Of a stretch of 64,000 nucleotides of DNA, positions 46,543 through 57,240 are shown in pieces. Made by a program: the position numbers and the translations under genes. Below the pieces are notes generated by a model. It was not told where the DNA came from. It ran no database searches and saw nothing but the letters and a program-made list of their open reading frames with translations. Numbering within the stretch: position 1 is the stretch's first letter; every line of letters begins with the position of its first letter. Source of the DNA: an uncultured Alphaproteobacteria bacterium (GTDB taxonomy: Bacteria; Pseudomonadota; Alphaproteobacteria; Rhizobiales; Xanthobacteraceae); NCBI GenBank assembly GCA_963805375.1, contig CAWDUB010000008.1, forward strand, positions 368,069 through 432,068, in the 5' to 3' direction.

Positions 46543-48240
46543 ATGGCTGACGCGTCCATGCGCGCCGACACCGACGTCCTGGTGATCGGCTCCGGCGCCG
46601 CCGGCATGTTCGCGGCGATCGAGGCCGCGCGCGCCGGTGCCAACGTGCTGCTCGCCGACCGCAGCCTGATCGGACGCGGTGGCGCCACCGTGATGGCGCA
46701 GATGACGGTCGCCGTCGCGCTCGGCGCGGAAACACCGGACGACTGGCATTATCACTATGACGACACGCTGAAGGCCGGCCGCGGCCTGTGCAACGCCGCG
46801 CTGGCGGAACTGTTGTGCCGCGAAGGACCCGATTGCATCCGCGCCATGGATGAATGGGGCGTCGGTTGGGCGCGCAAGGACGGGCGTATCACGCAAGCGA
46901 TGGCTCCCGGCCATGATCGGCCGCGCTGCGTCTATGTCGATTTCCTCAACACCGGCCCGGCGGTGTCGAAGACGCTGCGCACGGTGGTGAACAAGACCGC
47001 CGGCATCCGCAAGGCGGGCGATCTCCGCGTCGTCGAACTGTTGCGCCGTGACGGCGAGATCGTCGGTGCGCTGGCGTTGCACGTGGGCAGCGGTGCGCCG
47101 GTCATCGTTTCAGCCAAAGCCACGGTGATCGCCACCGGCGGTCTCACCCGGCTTTACCGGCGCAACAGCGCCTCCGCCAATATGGGCGGCGACGGTTATG
47201 CGCTGGCGTTGCGCGCCGGCGCTTCGCTGGTGGACATGGAATTCGTGCAATTTTTTCCCATCGGCCATCTGGCGCCGCGCCTGATCGGCATGGACCCGAT
47301 CATGTGGGACCCGTTCCGCTACAAGCTCGGCGGGCGGCTCTTGAACAACAAAGGCGAGGAATTCACCAAAGCCTACGGCGTCGCCGAAGACGGGAAATAT
47401 GTGATCACGCGCGACGTCGGCAGCTACGCCATCGTCAAGGAAGTCGAAGCCGGTCGCGGCTCGCCGCATGGCGGCGTTTTCTTAAGCTTCCAGCACGTAC
47501 CGGAGCGTGACTTGCGTGACGCCTTCGGCGCGGTGGTCGACCGCCTCGCCGCCAACGGTATCGATCTCACCAAGACGGCGGTCGAAGTGGCGCCGATTGC
47601 GCACTACCACATGGGCGGCATCGCGGCCGACGCGCAGATGCAAACCGGATTGCGAGGCCTTTATGCCGCCGGCGAGGCTGTCGGCGGTGCCAACGGCGCC
47701 AATAGGCTCTCCGGCAACGCCGTCACCGAAGCGCTGGTATTCGGCCGCCAAGCCGGCCGCAGCGCCGCGAGCTACGCGATGCAAATGGCCGCGGCTCCCG
47801 ATCACGGCACCAGCGCGGGCGCCGCGCTTGCGATGCTCGCTGCACGCGGGCAATCCGATCTCAACACAGCGGAAATGCTGCAAGCGCTGCAGGCCGCCAT
47901 GCAAGACGACGTCGGCCCGTTGCGCGACGCCGGTAAGCTCACGCGCGCACTGCGGCAGATTGACGATCTCACCCAGGCGCTCGGCGAGGCGCCGCCCGGC
48001 GACGGCAATGGCTTCGACATGCGGCGGATCGACTGGTTCGATCTGCGTAACATGCTGCTGGTGGCGCGCGTGGTGGCAGAGGCAGCGCTTTCGCGCACCG
48101 AGACGCGCGGCGCACACCAGCGCGAGGACTATCCGCAGACGTCGCCGGATTGGGCCGTCAATCAGTTCGTCTCGCTTGACGGCGGCCACATTCATTTATC
48201 GCGCGGTGCGGTGAAAGCGCATGCGGAGACGGCGGCATGA
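46543..48240 (+). CDS. SdhA/FrdA/NadB-superfamily flavoprotein of unknown substrate
   Basis: VIGSGAAG, ATGG, HYHMGG, GANRLSGN, ETRGAH. Confidence 0.85.
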   Translation: MADASMRADTDVLVIGSGAAGMFAAIEAARAGANVLLADRSLIGRGGATVMAQMTVAVALGAETPDDWHYHYDDTLKAGRGLCNAALAELLCREGPDCIRAMDEWGVGWARKDGRITQAMAPGHDRPRCVYVDFLNTGPAVSKTLRTVVNKTAGIRKAGDLRVVELLRRDGEIVGALALHVGSGAPVIVSAKATVIATGGLTRLYRRNSASANMGGDGYALALRAGASLVDMEFVQFFPIGHLAPRLIGMDPIMWDPFRYKLGGRLLNNKGEEFTKAYGVAEDGKYVITRDVGSYAIVKEVEAGRGSPHGGVFLSFQHVPERDLRDAFGAVVDRLAANGIDLTKTAVEVAPIAHYHMGGIAADAQMQTGLRGLYAAGEAVGGANGANRLSGNAVTEALVFGRQAGRSAASYAMQMAAAPDHGTSAGAALAMLAARGQSDLNTAEMLQALQAAMQDDVGPLRDAGKLTRALRQIDDLTQALGEAPPGDGNGFDMRRIDWFDLRNMLLVARVVAEAALSRTETRGAHQREDYPQTSPDWAVNQFVSLDGGHIHLSRGAVKAHAETAA

Positions 48241-48569
48241 GCGAGCGCGCGATCTTGTCGATCTGGCGCGGCAGCGATCGCGACGCCGGCCGCTGGGAGA
48301 GCTACCATGTGCCGTTCGAACCCGGCCAGTCGGTACTCGACGGCTTGCGCTGGATCCGCGTCAACCGCGACCCGGGCCTGGCCATCCGCTTTTCCTGCAT
48401 CAATGCCAACGCCTGCAAGGAATGCATGATCGAGCTCGATGGCAAGACCGTCTATGCCTGCACCGCGCGCCTGCAGCCGCGCGAAATGAAGCTGGCGCCG
48501 CTATCGAACAAGATTCTGGTGCGCGATCTGGTCACCGAGATCGCGCCGCCGGCGGAGCGATTTATTTAG
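48237..48569 (+). CDS. 2Fe-2S protein (SdhB N-terminal domain-like)
   Basis: SVLDGL..I..DP.L..RFSC..ACKEC..AC, LVRDL; ATGA overlap. Confidence 0.82.
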   Translation: MSERAILSIWRGSDRDAGRWESYHVPFEPGQSVLDGLRWIRVNRDPGLAIRFSCINANACKECMIELDGKTVYACTARLQPREMKLAPLSNKILVRDLVTEIAPPAERFI

Positions 48570-48596
48570 CGATGGTCCGCGTCTCGTGCATGGCGA

Positions 48597-49472
48597 TTAT
48601 CGCGCGTTAATCGCCTCGGCGATCGCCACCGTGCGCCGCGCCATCTCCGCATGCAGGCGCTCGACCATACGGCCGTCGATCGAGACCACGCCCTTGTCCT
48701 TATTCTCCGGCAAGTCGAAGGCGGCGATAATTTTACGCGCCATCACCACCTCCTCCGCCGACGGCGAGAACGCCGTGTTGCAGGGCTCGATCTGGTTGGG
48801 ATGAATAAGCGTCTTGCCGTCGAAGCCGAGTTCGACGCCTTGCTTGCATTCCGCCACGAAGCCCTCCGCGTTGGCGAGGTCGTTATAGACGCCGTCGAGA
48901 ATATCGATGCCGTGGATGCGCGCGGCCGCAACACACATCGATAGCCAGCCCAGCATCGGCGCCCGGCCCGGCACCAGCCGCGCGCGGGTATCCTTGGCAA
49001 GGTCGTTGGTGCCCATCACCAAGCCGGATAATCGTGATTCGGAATCGCGCGCCTCGGCCGCGATCGCCAGAATGTTGAAGATGGCGAGCGGCGTCTCGAC
49101 CATCGCCCAGACCCGCGTTTTGTGGTCGGCGTGCATGTCGAGCAGGCGGCGGCCGATCAGCTCCAGGGTGTCGGGGCTCGACACTTTCGGCACCAAAATG
49201 GCGTCGGGCGCGGCATGCGCTGCCGCGGACAGATCGTCGGCATGCCAGGGCGTGTCGATACCGTTGACGCGGATGAACACTTCGCGCGCACCGAAACCGC
49301 CGGCCTTCACCGCGTCCGCCACCTGCGTCCGCGCGACCTCCTTGGCGTCGGGCGCGACGGAATCCTCGAGGTCGAGGATGACGCCGTCGGCCGGCAAAGT
49401 TTTCGCTTTCTCCAGCGCGCGGGCATTCGAGCCTGGCATATAGAGCACGCTGCGGCGCGGGCGGATGGTCAT
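48597..49472 (-). CDS. CitE/HpcH family CoA ester lyase (malyl-CoA lyase/thioesterase-like)
   Basis: RRSVLYMPGS, LDLEDSV, MVETP, GTNDL, GKTLIHP. Confidence 0.88.
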   Translation of the reverse strand: MTIRPRRSVLYMPGSNARALEKAKTLPADGVILDLEDSVAPDAKEVARTQVADAVKAGGFGAREVFIRVNGIDTPWHADDLSAAAHAAPDAILVPKVSSPDTLELIGRRLLDMHADHKTRVWAMVETPLAIFNILAIAAEARDSESRLSGLVMGTNDLAKDTRARLVPGRAPMLGWLSMCVAAARIHGIDILDGVYNDLANAEGFVAECKQGVELGFDGKTLIHPNQIEPCNTAFSPSAEEVVMARKIIAAFDLPENKDKGVVSIDGRMVERLHAEMARRTVAIAEAINAR

Positions 49473-49559
49473 CGATGGCTCCCCATAACTTGACCTCCTC
49501 AGCCTAGCGGCGGAGCAAGCCGTGTGCCACTCAGGATTATGGCGACAGGCGTCTCGTTT

Positions 49560-49586
49560 CGTCGTCCCTGCGAAGGCGGAGACGAC
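49560..49586. repeat. Collapsed family B solo hairpin
   Basis: cgtcgtccctgcgaaggcggagacgac retains both outer termini. Confidence 0.6.
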
Positions 49587-49678
49587 AACAGGTTAGTCGG
49601 CGCCTGTCGCCACTTGGGCATTCGGGCATGACGCTTGCGTCGCTCGGCCCGGCATGGAATTGAACCGGTATCACTGGA

Positions 49679-50341
49679 GTGAGCACCACAATGGATTTCC
49701 CCCAGCGCCTGATCGAGGGTTATGCCGCCTTCCTCGCCGAGCGGCTGCCGCGTGAGCAGAGCCGTTTCCGCACACTGGCCGAGACCGGGCAGCAGCCCGA
49801 AATCATGGTGATCGGCTGCTGCGACTCGCGCGTCTCGCCGGAGGTGATCTTTGACGCGCGGCCGGGCGAATTGTTCGTGGTGCGCAACGTCGCCAATATC
49901 ATCCCGCCTTACGCGCCGGACGAGCGCGCGCACGGCGTCTCGGCGGCGCTCGAATTCGGCGTCGGCGCGCTGCGCGTGAAGCACATCGTCGTGCTCGGCC
50001 ATGCCCAGTGCGGCGGCATCAAAGCTTTCGCCGAAGAGGCCGAGCCGTTGTCGCCCGGCGACTTCATCGGCAACTGGATGGAACTGATGGCGCCGGCGGC
50101 GCAGAAGATTTCGCGCGACGGCCTCTCGGCGGCCGAGTATCAAACACGGCTGGAGCAGGCCAATATCGTCAACAGCCTCGACAACCTGATGACCTTTCCG
50201 CGGCTGGCCAAGCTGATCGAGAACGAAAAGATCGGCGTGCACGGCGCCTATTTCGGCGTGGCGAGCGGTGCGTTGTCGGTACTGGATCGCGCCAGCGGCG
50301 CCTTTCGACCGGTGCCGGCAGGCTCAGACGTTTTGCGCTGA
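49679..50341 (+). CDS. Beta-class carbonic anhydrase
   Basis: GCCDSRV, RNVAN, GHAQCGG. Confidence 0.93.
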   Translation: MSTTMDFPQRLIEGYAAFLAERLPREQSRFRTLAETGQQPEIMVIGCCDSRVSPEVIFDARPGELFVVRNVANIIPPYAPDERAHGVSAALEFGVGALRVKHIVVLGHAQCGGIKAFAEEAEPLSPGDFIGNWMELMAPAAQKISRDGLSAAEYQTRLEQANIVNSLDNLMTFPRLAKLIENEKIGVHGAYFGVASGALSVLDRASGAFRPVPAGSDVLR

Positions 50342-50455
50342 TCGCCTTGGGCACTATCGCGCGGTCCCAAGACACCCCCGTTTTCATACCGCCGGATCAC
50401 GCCTAGTCTTTCCGCGTGTATGCGCCATCCCGGTGCCGATCGTGGGGAGACGACG

Positions 50456-51457
50456 ATGCAAATGCCTACCGCGAAATCCGGCCATTCGATATCCCGCCGA
50501 ACGATCCTCGGCGCCGCCGCGGTCATGGCGGCGAGCCCAGCGCTGGCAGCAGAGTGCCAGATCGGCCCGCCTGCGCACGAAAAAGGCCCGGTCGTATTCA
50601 ACGGTCTCGATCAGGTCGAACTGGACGCCGCGTACGATCAAGCGTTCTACGCGCCCCTACGGCTGGATGTGATCAAGCGTTACGCGTCCGAAAGCGAGGA
50701 AGTCCGTCGTCGCATTGGCGATCCGCAACGCGTCGCCTACGGGCCGAGCGAACCCGAGAAGCTCGACATCTATCGCACCAAGGCGGCGAACGCACCGACC
50801 TTCGTTTTCATCCACGGCGGCGCTTGGCTCGGCGGCGCTGCCAAGGACTACGGCTTCCCGGCCGAAATGTTCGTCAAGGCCGGCGCGAATTACATCGCGC
50901 TTGATTTTGCGGCGATAAAAGCAGTGGGTGGGGATTTGCGGCCCATGGCTGAGCAGGTGCGGCGTGCCATTGCCTGGGTGCACAAGAACGCGGCGAGTTT
51001 CGGCGGCGACTCAAACAGGCTCTACATTGGCGGGCATTCTTCCGGAGGGCATCTCTGTGGCGTCGCGGTAGTGACCGACTGGCAGAAAGATTTCGGGCTG
51101 CCGGCCGATGCGGTGAAGGGCGCCGTTTCGATGAGCGGCATGTACGACTTAAAGCCGGTGCGCATGTCGAAGCGTAGCTCGTATGTGAAGTTCAACGACG
51201 AGATGGAGCAGACGATGAGCTCGCAACGGCACCTCGGTTTGCTGAACGCGCCGGTGATCGTCACATACGGCACCCACGAGACGCCGGAGTTTCAACGGCA
51301 AAGCCGCGACTTCGCCGCCGCCGTCAAAGCGGCCAGCAAGCCTGTCGAGCTCGTATCGGCGCGGGGATTTAATCACTTCGAGATGTGCGAAACGCTGGGC
51401 AACCCCTATGGGCCGAACGGACGTGCCGCGCTCAAGATGATGAAGCTTTCCGGATGA
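50456..51457 (+). CDS. Alpha/beta hydrolase (arylformamidase-like) with Tat signal
   Basis: SRRTILG Tat motif; HGGAW, GHSSGG, NHF. Confidence 0.82.
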   Translation: MQMPTAKSGHSISRRTILGAAAVMAASPALAAECQIGPPAHEKGPVVFNGLDQVELDAAYDQAFYAPLRLDVIKRYASESEEVRRRIGDPQRVAYGPSEPEKLDIYRTKAANAPTFVFIHGGAWLGGAAKDYGFPAEMFVKAGANYIALDFAAIKAVGGDLRPMAEQVRRAIAWVHKNAASFGGDSNRLYIGGHSSGGHLCGVAVVTDWQKDFGLPADAVKGAVSMSGMYDLKPVRMSKRSSYVKFNDEMEQTMSSQRHLGLLNAPVIVTYGTHETPEFQRQSRDFAAAVKAASKPVELVSARGFNHFEMCETLGNPYGPNGRAALKMMKLSG

Positions 51458-51490
51458 TCCGTACCGGCCCAGCGGCGCAAAAATTGAGGG

Positions 51491-52525
51491 CTACGCCGCC
51501 TTTTTCTTCGCCTGAATGAGCTTGCGGTTGATCAGGCACTCGGCAATCTGGATGGCGTTGAGCGCCGCGCCTTTGCGCAGATTGTCGGACACCACCCACA
51601 GCACCAGCCCGTTATCGACCGTCGGGTCGGTGCGGATGCGGCTGATATAGGTCGCGTCCTCGCCGACGCATTCGTAAGGCGTGGCGTAGCCGCCTGCCTC
51701 ATGCTTGTCGATCACCAGGCAGCCGGGCGCGTTGCGCAGGATGTTGCGCGCTTCATCGACGCTGATCGGTTGCTCGAACTCGACGGTGACCGCTTCGGAA
51801 TGGCCGACGAACACCGGCACGCGCACGCAAGTTGCGGTAACCTTGATCTTGGGGTCGAGAATCTTCTTGGTCTCGACCACCATCTTCCATTCTTCCTTGG
51901 TGTAGCCGTCTTCCATGAACGCATCGATCTGCGGGATGACGTTGAAGGCGATGCGCTTGGGAAACTTCTTCGCCTCCACCTCGTCGAGCGTGAACACCGC
52001 CTTGGACTGCGAGAACAATTCATCCATCGCGTCCTTGCCGGCGCCCGACACCGACTGATAGGTCGCCACCACCACGCGCTTGATACGCGCCTTGTCGTGC
52101 AGCGGCTTGAGCGCGACCACGAGCTGCGCGGTCGAGCAGTTCGGATTGGCGATGATGTTCTTCTTGGCAAAACCGGCAACCGCGTCGGCATTCACCTCCG
52201 GCACGACCAGCGGCACGTCCGGGTCCATGCGCCAGGCGGAGGAATTGTCGATCACCACCGCACCGGCGCTTGCGATCTTCGGCGACCATTCCTTCGACAC
52301 GGCGCCGCCCGCCGACATCAGACAGATGTCGACGTCGGAAAAATCGAAATGATCGAGCGCCTTGACCTTCAGCGTCTTGTCGCCGAACGAGCACTCCGTG
52401 CCTTGGCTGCGGCGCGAGGCGACCGCGACCACCTCGTCGGCCGGAAAATTGCGCTCGGCCAGAATGCCCAGCATCTCGCGCCCGACATTGCCGGTGGCTC
52501 CCACCACCGCCACTTTGTAACCCAT
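51491..52525 (-). CDS. asd: Aspartate-semialdehyde dehydrogenase
   Basis: GATGNVG, ANPNCST, SDNLRKGAALNA. Confidence 0.98.
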   Translation of the reverse strand: MGYKVAVVGATGNVGREMLGILAERNFPADEVVAVASRRSQGTECSFGDKTLKVKALDHFDFSDVDICLMSAGGAVSKEWSPKIASAGAVVIDNSSAWRMDPDVPLVVPEVNADAVAGFAKKNIIANPNCSTAQLVVALKPLHDKARIKRVVVATYQSVSGAGKDAMDELFSQSKAVFTLDEVEAKKFPKRIAFNVIPQIDAFMEDGYTKEEWKMVVETKKILDPKIKVTATCVRVPVFVGHSEAVTVEFEQPISVDEARNILRNAPGCLVIDKHEAGGYATPYECVGEDATYISRIRTDPTVDNGLVLWVVSDNLRKGAALNAIQIAECLINRKLIQAKKKAA

Positions 52526-52637
52526 TGTTAACGCTCCAAAATGGTTCTTCAGCCAGAAGTGATCGAACCTTACCGGATGGCAGCGCTTCTAAGCATATAT
52601 GCCGCATAACACAACGGCGGTGTGCGAGAGCGACGCG

Positions 52638-53423
52638 ATGCATCCGGCCCTTTATTCCTGGCGCGAGGAACTGTCCGCCAATTTTGTGCGCGCGCTCGCC
52701 TATGTGTGTGCGGCGTTCGTTCTATCAATCGCCTGCGCCTGGCTTTCGCAATCGTCGGCGGTGATGAGTGTCATCACGCCGGTGCATCGATCAGCCTGGA
52801 TCGAAGTCGAGAGGCCGTTCCCGGCTTTCGCGCTCGCCATTCCCGAAGCGGCCGACGCCCCCGCGGCCTATGCCATTCGCCGCCACGCCTCTGGCGGCGG
52901 CCGCAAGGACATCTTGAGCCTGGGGGAGGCGGAGGGCGTCGCGCCGTATTTGCAAGTTGAAGTCTACCGGCCGGGTACCGAAATCGCCGATTTCGCCGAT
53001 CCGCAAGCCGACCTTTCAGCGCTTGCCAAAGACGCCGGGCCGGTATCGGCCTTACGCGCGCAAGAGACGCTATCGAGCAAATTCGGGCCGCTGCATATTG
53101 CTGCCTTCGATGTGGAGGGCCCGACGGTGCGCCACTGCCTCGGCTTCGTGCGCGACTTCGAAGACCCTAAGCTGCAACTGTCCGGCCGCTTCTGCCAGGG
53201 CGGCGCCGACGCCATCGACCGCTCGACGCTCGCCTGCGCGCTCGATCGTCTCACTTTGCTCGCGGCCGGCAGCGAGCCCAAGGTCGGTGCCCTGTTCGCG
53301 CGCGCCGAACTCAACCGCAGCTTCTGTGGCCAGCGCGATCCCATCCTGGCGCCGACGCCGAAGTACAAATTGCTATGGCAGGCGCTCGCCAACCGGCCGC
53401 GACCGCGCCGCGTCGGCCGCTGA
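52638..53423 (+). CDS. Hypothetical membrane-anchored protein
   Basis: Host-like codon usage, N-terminal TM, several Cys. Confidence 0.65.
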   Translation: MHPALYSWREELSANFVRALAYVCAAFVLSIACAWLSQSSAVMSVITPVHRSAWIEVERPFPAFALAIPEAADAPAAYAIRRHASGGGRKDILSLGEAEGVAPYLQVEVYRPGTEIADFADPQADLSALAKDAGPVSALRAQETLSSKFGPLHIAAFDVEGPTVRHCLGFVRDFEDPKLQLSGRFCQGGADAIDRSTLACALDRLTLLAAGSEPKVGALFARAELNRSFCGQRDPILAPTPKYKLLWQALANRPRPRRVGR

Positions 53424-53509
53424 GCCTTTCCTGCCAAAGCCGTCTAACGCGCATCCAATTCGCGTTCAATCATGAAACGGCATGATTGCGGATCAAGTCG
53501 GAGCCCCCA

Positions 53510-53665
53510 CTAGGCGTGGACGAACGCGCGGCTGATGAGCACCAGCACCACCAAAAGCACGATGCCTAGCGACAGGCTCCAGACGATTAGCTTTTTTTCG
53601 ATCGGCAGAAGAGGCTCATGTGCCATCTTCTGCATTTCTTCGGCGAGCTTAGGTTGCTGTGCCAT
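53510..53665 (-). CDS. Small (51 aa) single-TM protein downstream of transporter
   Basis: agggg SD; MAQQPKLAEEMQKMAHEPLLPIEKKLIVWSLSLGIVLLVVLVLISRAFVHA; below the ORF-track cutoff. Confidence 0.7.
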   Translation of the reverse strand: MAQQPKLAEEMQKMAHEPLLPIEKKLIVWSLSLGIVLLVVLVLISRAFVHA

Positions 53666-53677
53666 GATATTCCCCTG

Positions 53678-55123
53678 TTAGCTCACGAGTGGCGGTTTGA
53701 CGCCGGCAAAGAAGAGCAGCGAAATCACCAGTCCTACCCAGATAACGAATCCGAACAGGCACAGCAGATACACCGCGGCCAACCGGCCAATGCCCTCTTC
53801 CCAGAGTTTGCGGAAGTTGCTCATGACGCCGATGGTGAAGAACGTCAGCACGAAGAAAATGCCACGGAAGGTATTGGCTTCACCCATCGCCGCTTTGACC
53901 TTTGCCACCACTGGGGCCGACGCAGTGAGCGCAACCAACAGGATGATCAGGAACGTTACGACGTAGCCGATAACGAACTTCGGGAAACGGTCCCAAATCT
54001 CGCGGGCCTTTACCGTATCGCCCTTGCGCACTTCGATATGCTTGGTCCAAATCCACGCGAGCACGAAAGCCCATACGCCGATGAAGATATCGATGAACAC
54101 CTTCACCGTCGCAGCGGTACCGAGAATCCAGCCCGGCTGGTACTTGATGCCTTGCGCGGCGGCCTTGGCGTAAATGAGCCCCTCGGTGATGGCGCCGCTC
54201 GCCACCGCCGCGCCGTCGGTCTTAACCGAGAGCGCCATCCATGCGCCCGCTGCCATCGGCTGCTGATCGAGGAAATAACCTGCGATGAACGGCAGAATAA
54301 GCAGCTCAATCACCGCAAAGATCACCACCAGCGACGACACCATGATCGGAATCATAGGCCGGGCGCGGATGGCGCCGCCGGTGGCGATTGCCGCCGACAC
54401 GCCGCAGACGGAAATGCCAGACGCGAGTGGAGCTGCCCATTCACGGCTGAATCCGAACCACACGCGCGCCACGTAATAGACCACCGACCAGAATATCAGA
54501 TAGGCGACGATAATTGACGCCAGACCGAGGAACATCAGTTCGGTCGCCAGGCTCAGCTTCTCCGCCGAAACGATGCCGAGGAAGCCGCCGAGAATGACGA
54601 TGGCGATCTTGATGTACAATTCCGGCCGGATCGCTTCCTTCATCCAATTGGCCAAGCCTGGCAGAAAATTGCCGACGATGAGACCGACGATAAGAGCGAC
54701 GACGAAGCCACCCTCGGCGGTAAGCCGCAGTGACCAAGTGACGCCGAATTTATGCATAGCGTCCGGCGTGTTCACGGCCATGTTGGCGTAGCTGCCAATG
54801 ATCCAGCACGCGTAACTGATCCAGAACACTGCGGTGAAACCGAGGATGAAGCGTCCGAGATTGGCCTTCAGGGCCGCCGCGCCGGCCGTCATCAGCACCA
54901 GCAACCCGATATAGGTGGCGATCAACGAACCGACGCCGCCCAAACCGGCATAAGCTTTCGAGACTGGCGCCAGCGCCTTGCCCAGATCCGTCCACACCCC
55001 GGTGGTTACCACCCAACCAAGAATGTCCACGCCCGCGAGCAAGCCGAGCGCGAGGACAAAAATTACGAGGCCGATAATGAGAGATAGCCAGTCTTCGCTG
55101 AGTCCTTGGCTACTGCCGTTCAT
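53678..55123 (-). CDS. YeiH / putative sulfate exporter (PSE) family transporter
   Basis: SEDW, ASGISVCGVSAAIATG, WDRFPKFVIG. Confidence 0.82.
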   Translation of the reverse strand: MNGSSQGLSEDWLSLIIGLVIFVLALGLLAGVDILGWVVTTGVWTDLGKALAPVSKAYAGLGGVGSLIATYIGLLVLMTAGAAALKANLGRFILGFTAVFWISYACWIIGSYANMAVNTPDAMHKFGVTWSLRLTAEGGFVVALIVGLIVGNFLPGLANWMKEAIRPELYIKIAIVILGGFLGIVSAEKLSLATELMFLGLASIIVAYLIFWSVVYYVARVWFGFSREWAAPLASGISVCGVSAAIATGGAIRARPMIPIMVSSLVVIFAVIELLILPFIAGYFLDQQPMAAGAWMALSVKTDGAAVASGAITEGLIYAKAAAQGIKYQPGWILGTAATVKVFIDIFIGVWAFVLAWIWTKHIEVRKGDTVKAREIWDRFPKFVIGYVVTFLIILLVALTASAPVVAKVKAAMGEANTFRGIFFVLTFFTIGVMSNFRKLWEEGIGRLAAVYLLCLFGFVIWVGLVISLLFFAGVKPPLVS

Positions 55124-55642
55124 TTTCTCCCCCTTCATTTGTCGGTTTTTTTTCGCTGCCGCGCAGCCGCGCGGGCTCGCCAACCACTGTTTTTATGTTT
55201 TGTTGTGCGATGCCCCCCACGGCCAGCCTGCACGCTACGACCGCACGCAGGCATTGGAGAAATATATTCTTCAACATCTATATGATTATCAATAACTTTC
55301 GTATGTGCGCTGCAATAACGCCTACAGACCGAGAGCATTTGGCCCGCAAGTTACTCGGCCGCACTCGCTTCCAAGTCGGAGAATGATGTCGCGCGTCGGT
55401 CAGTAGCAGGCGCGGCGAGGCGCAGGCGAGCACGGCGAGATTTGTGCGGATCAACGCCGCCGACAAGATCGGCCGGAGCCGGACCGCCTTTGCCTCCAAT
55501 TCGGCGGAAAAACGCTCCATCGTTGCTGTGGGGCCTTTTTTAAGCTTTGCAGCGGACAAATGCCTGTGATTGAGGGCCTGTTACACTGAACCAAAGCCGG
55601 TTACAGTGCATTCGCAATACGGGACCGGGAAATGAGGACAGT

Positions 55643-56005
55643 ATGCGCTTGAGACATTTTGCCGTCACGCTCGCTTTTGCCGGAGCGTTCGCACTGCTGG
55701 CGGCGCCGGCCGACGCAGCGGCCAAGAAGAAGCGCACGGTCTATATCAACGGCCGCGGGCATACGGTGTTTGTCAGCCGCGACGAAAACGGCCGCGCGCG
55801 CACCCGCGTCCTGGTGCAGAAGCGCTCGTACCTCGATCCCGGCACCGAGTTGTTCCCGGGCGAACGGCAAGGCCTCGACTATACGCAAATGGCGGACCAG
55901 CACGCTTCGAGCGTGCTCGACCATACAATCTTCGGCACCAGCCAATCGCCGTTGCCGGGTCCATTCGATTTGCCGAGCCGGAACAATCCCTGGCTTCAGT
56001 ACTAG
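55643..56005 (+). CDS. Secreted hypothetical protein
   Basis: gagga SD; signal peptide ending ADA; KRSYLDPGT. Confidence 0.65.
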   Translation: MRLRHFAVTLAFAGAFALLAAPADAAAKKKRTVYINGRGHTVFVSRDENGRARTRVLVQKRSYLDPGTELFPGERQGLDYTQMADQHASSVLDHTIFGTSQSPLPGPFDLPSRNNPWLQY

Positions 56006-56023
56006 CGCGCACGACCAAGGCTG

Positions 56024-56058
56024 AAAAAGAAACGCGGCCCTGCGGCCGCGTTTTTGTT
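56024..56058. terminator. Bidirectional intrinsic terminator
   Basis: aaaaagaaacgcggcc-ctgc-ggccgcgtttttg between convergent genes. Confidence 0.7.
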
Positions 56059-56077
56059 ATCGATATCGAGGCCGCGC

Positions 56078-57190
56078 TCAGGCCGCCAGCTTCTCCAACT
56101 CTTCCAGGATAGCCGAGCCCATCTCCGTGGTGCCGACGACCGTTGTGCCCTCCGACTTGATGTCGGCGGTGCGCAGGCCGCGCGCCAGCGTGGCGGCGAT
56201 CGCAGCATCGATCATGTCGGCTTGCTTACTCAGATTGAATGAATAGCGCAAAGCCATGCCGAACGAGGCGATCATCGCGATCGGGTTGGCGATGCCTTTG
56301 CCGGCGATATCGGGCGCCGAGCCGTGCACTGGTTCGTACAGCGCCTTGCGCTTCTTGGTCTTGGGATCGACTTCGCCGAGCGAGGCCGACGGCAGCATGC
56401 CGAGCGAGCCGGTAAGCGTCGCGGCGATGTCGGACAACATGTCGCCGAACAGATTGTCGGTCACGATCACGTCGAACTGCTTGGGCCAACGCACCAGCTG
56501 CATGCCGCCGGCATCCGCCAGCATATGCTCGAGTTGCACGTCCTTGAATTCGCGCGCGTGCAGCGCCGTTGTCACCTCGTTCCACAGCACGCCGGACTTC
56601 ATGACGTTGCGCTTTTCCATGGAGGTGACCTTGTTGCGCCGCTTGCGCGCGAGTTCGAAAGCGACGCGGCCGATGCGCTCGATCTCGTAGGTGTCGTAGA
56701 CCTGGGTGTCGATCGCGCGCTTCTGGCCGTTGCCGAGATCGGTGATGGTCTTGGGCTCGCCGAAATAAACGCCGCCGGTCAGTTCGCGTAAGATAATGAT
56801 GTCGAGGCCTTCCACCACCTCGCGTTTGAGCGAGGAAGAATCGGCGAGCGCCGGATAGACGATGGCCGGGCGTACATTGGCGTAGAGATCGAGATCCTTG
56901 CGCAGGCGCAGCAGGCCAGCCTCCGGCCGCACGTCGTAGCCGACCTTGTCCCATTTCGGCCCGCCCACCGCCCCGAAGATGATCGCGTCGGCGGCTTTTG
57001 CCTTCGCCATGGTCTCGTCGGTGATGGCGGCCCCGTGGGCGTCGTAGCAGCAGCCGCCGACCAGCGCCTCTTCGGTGGCGAACTTATCGGGGCCTTTTTT
57101 GTTGAAGAAGTCGATGACGCGCTTCACTTGCGTCATGACTTCCGGGCCGATGCCGTCGCCGGGGAGAAGCAGCAGATTGTGGGTGGCCAT
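56078..57190 (-). CDS. leuB: 3-isopropylmalate dehydrogenase
   Basis: [40 protein letters not shown]. Confidence 0.97.
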   Translation of the reverse strand: MATHNLLLLPGDGIGPEVMTQVKRVIDFFNKKGPDKFATEEALVGGCCYDAHGAAITDETMAKAKAADAIIFGAVGGPKWDKVGYDVRPEAGLLRLRKDLDLYANVRPAIVYPALADSSSLKREVVEGLDIIILRELTGGVYFGEPKTITDLGNGQKRAIDTQVYDTYEIERIGRVAFELARKRRNKVTSMEKRNVMKSGVLWNEVTTALHAREFKDVQLEHMLADAGGMQLVRWPKQFDVIVTDNLFGDMLSDIAATLTGSLGMLPSASLGEVDPKTKKRKALYEPVHGSAPDIAGKGIANPIAMIASFGMALRYSFNLSKQADMIDAAIAATLARGLRTADIKSEGTTVVGTTEMGSAILEELEKLAA

Positions 57191-57212
57191 ACGCGTTACC
57201 TCGTGGTCCTCA

Positions 57213-57240
57213 GTCATGGCCGGGCTTGTCCGGCCAGGAC
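57213..57240. repeat. Collapsed family B solo hairpin
   Basis: gtcatggccgggcttgtccggccaggac. Confidence 0.65.

Noticed and set aside
55200-55640. Long intergenic region that might hide a gene or RNA
   Set aside because: Only weak ORFs and no convincing structure; compatible with divergent promoters.
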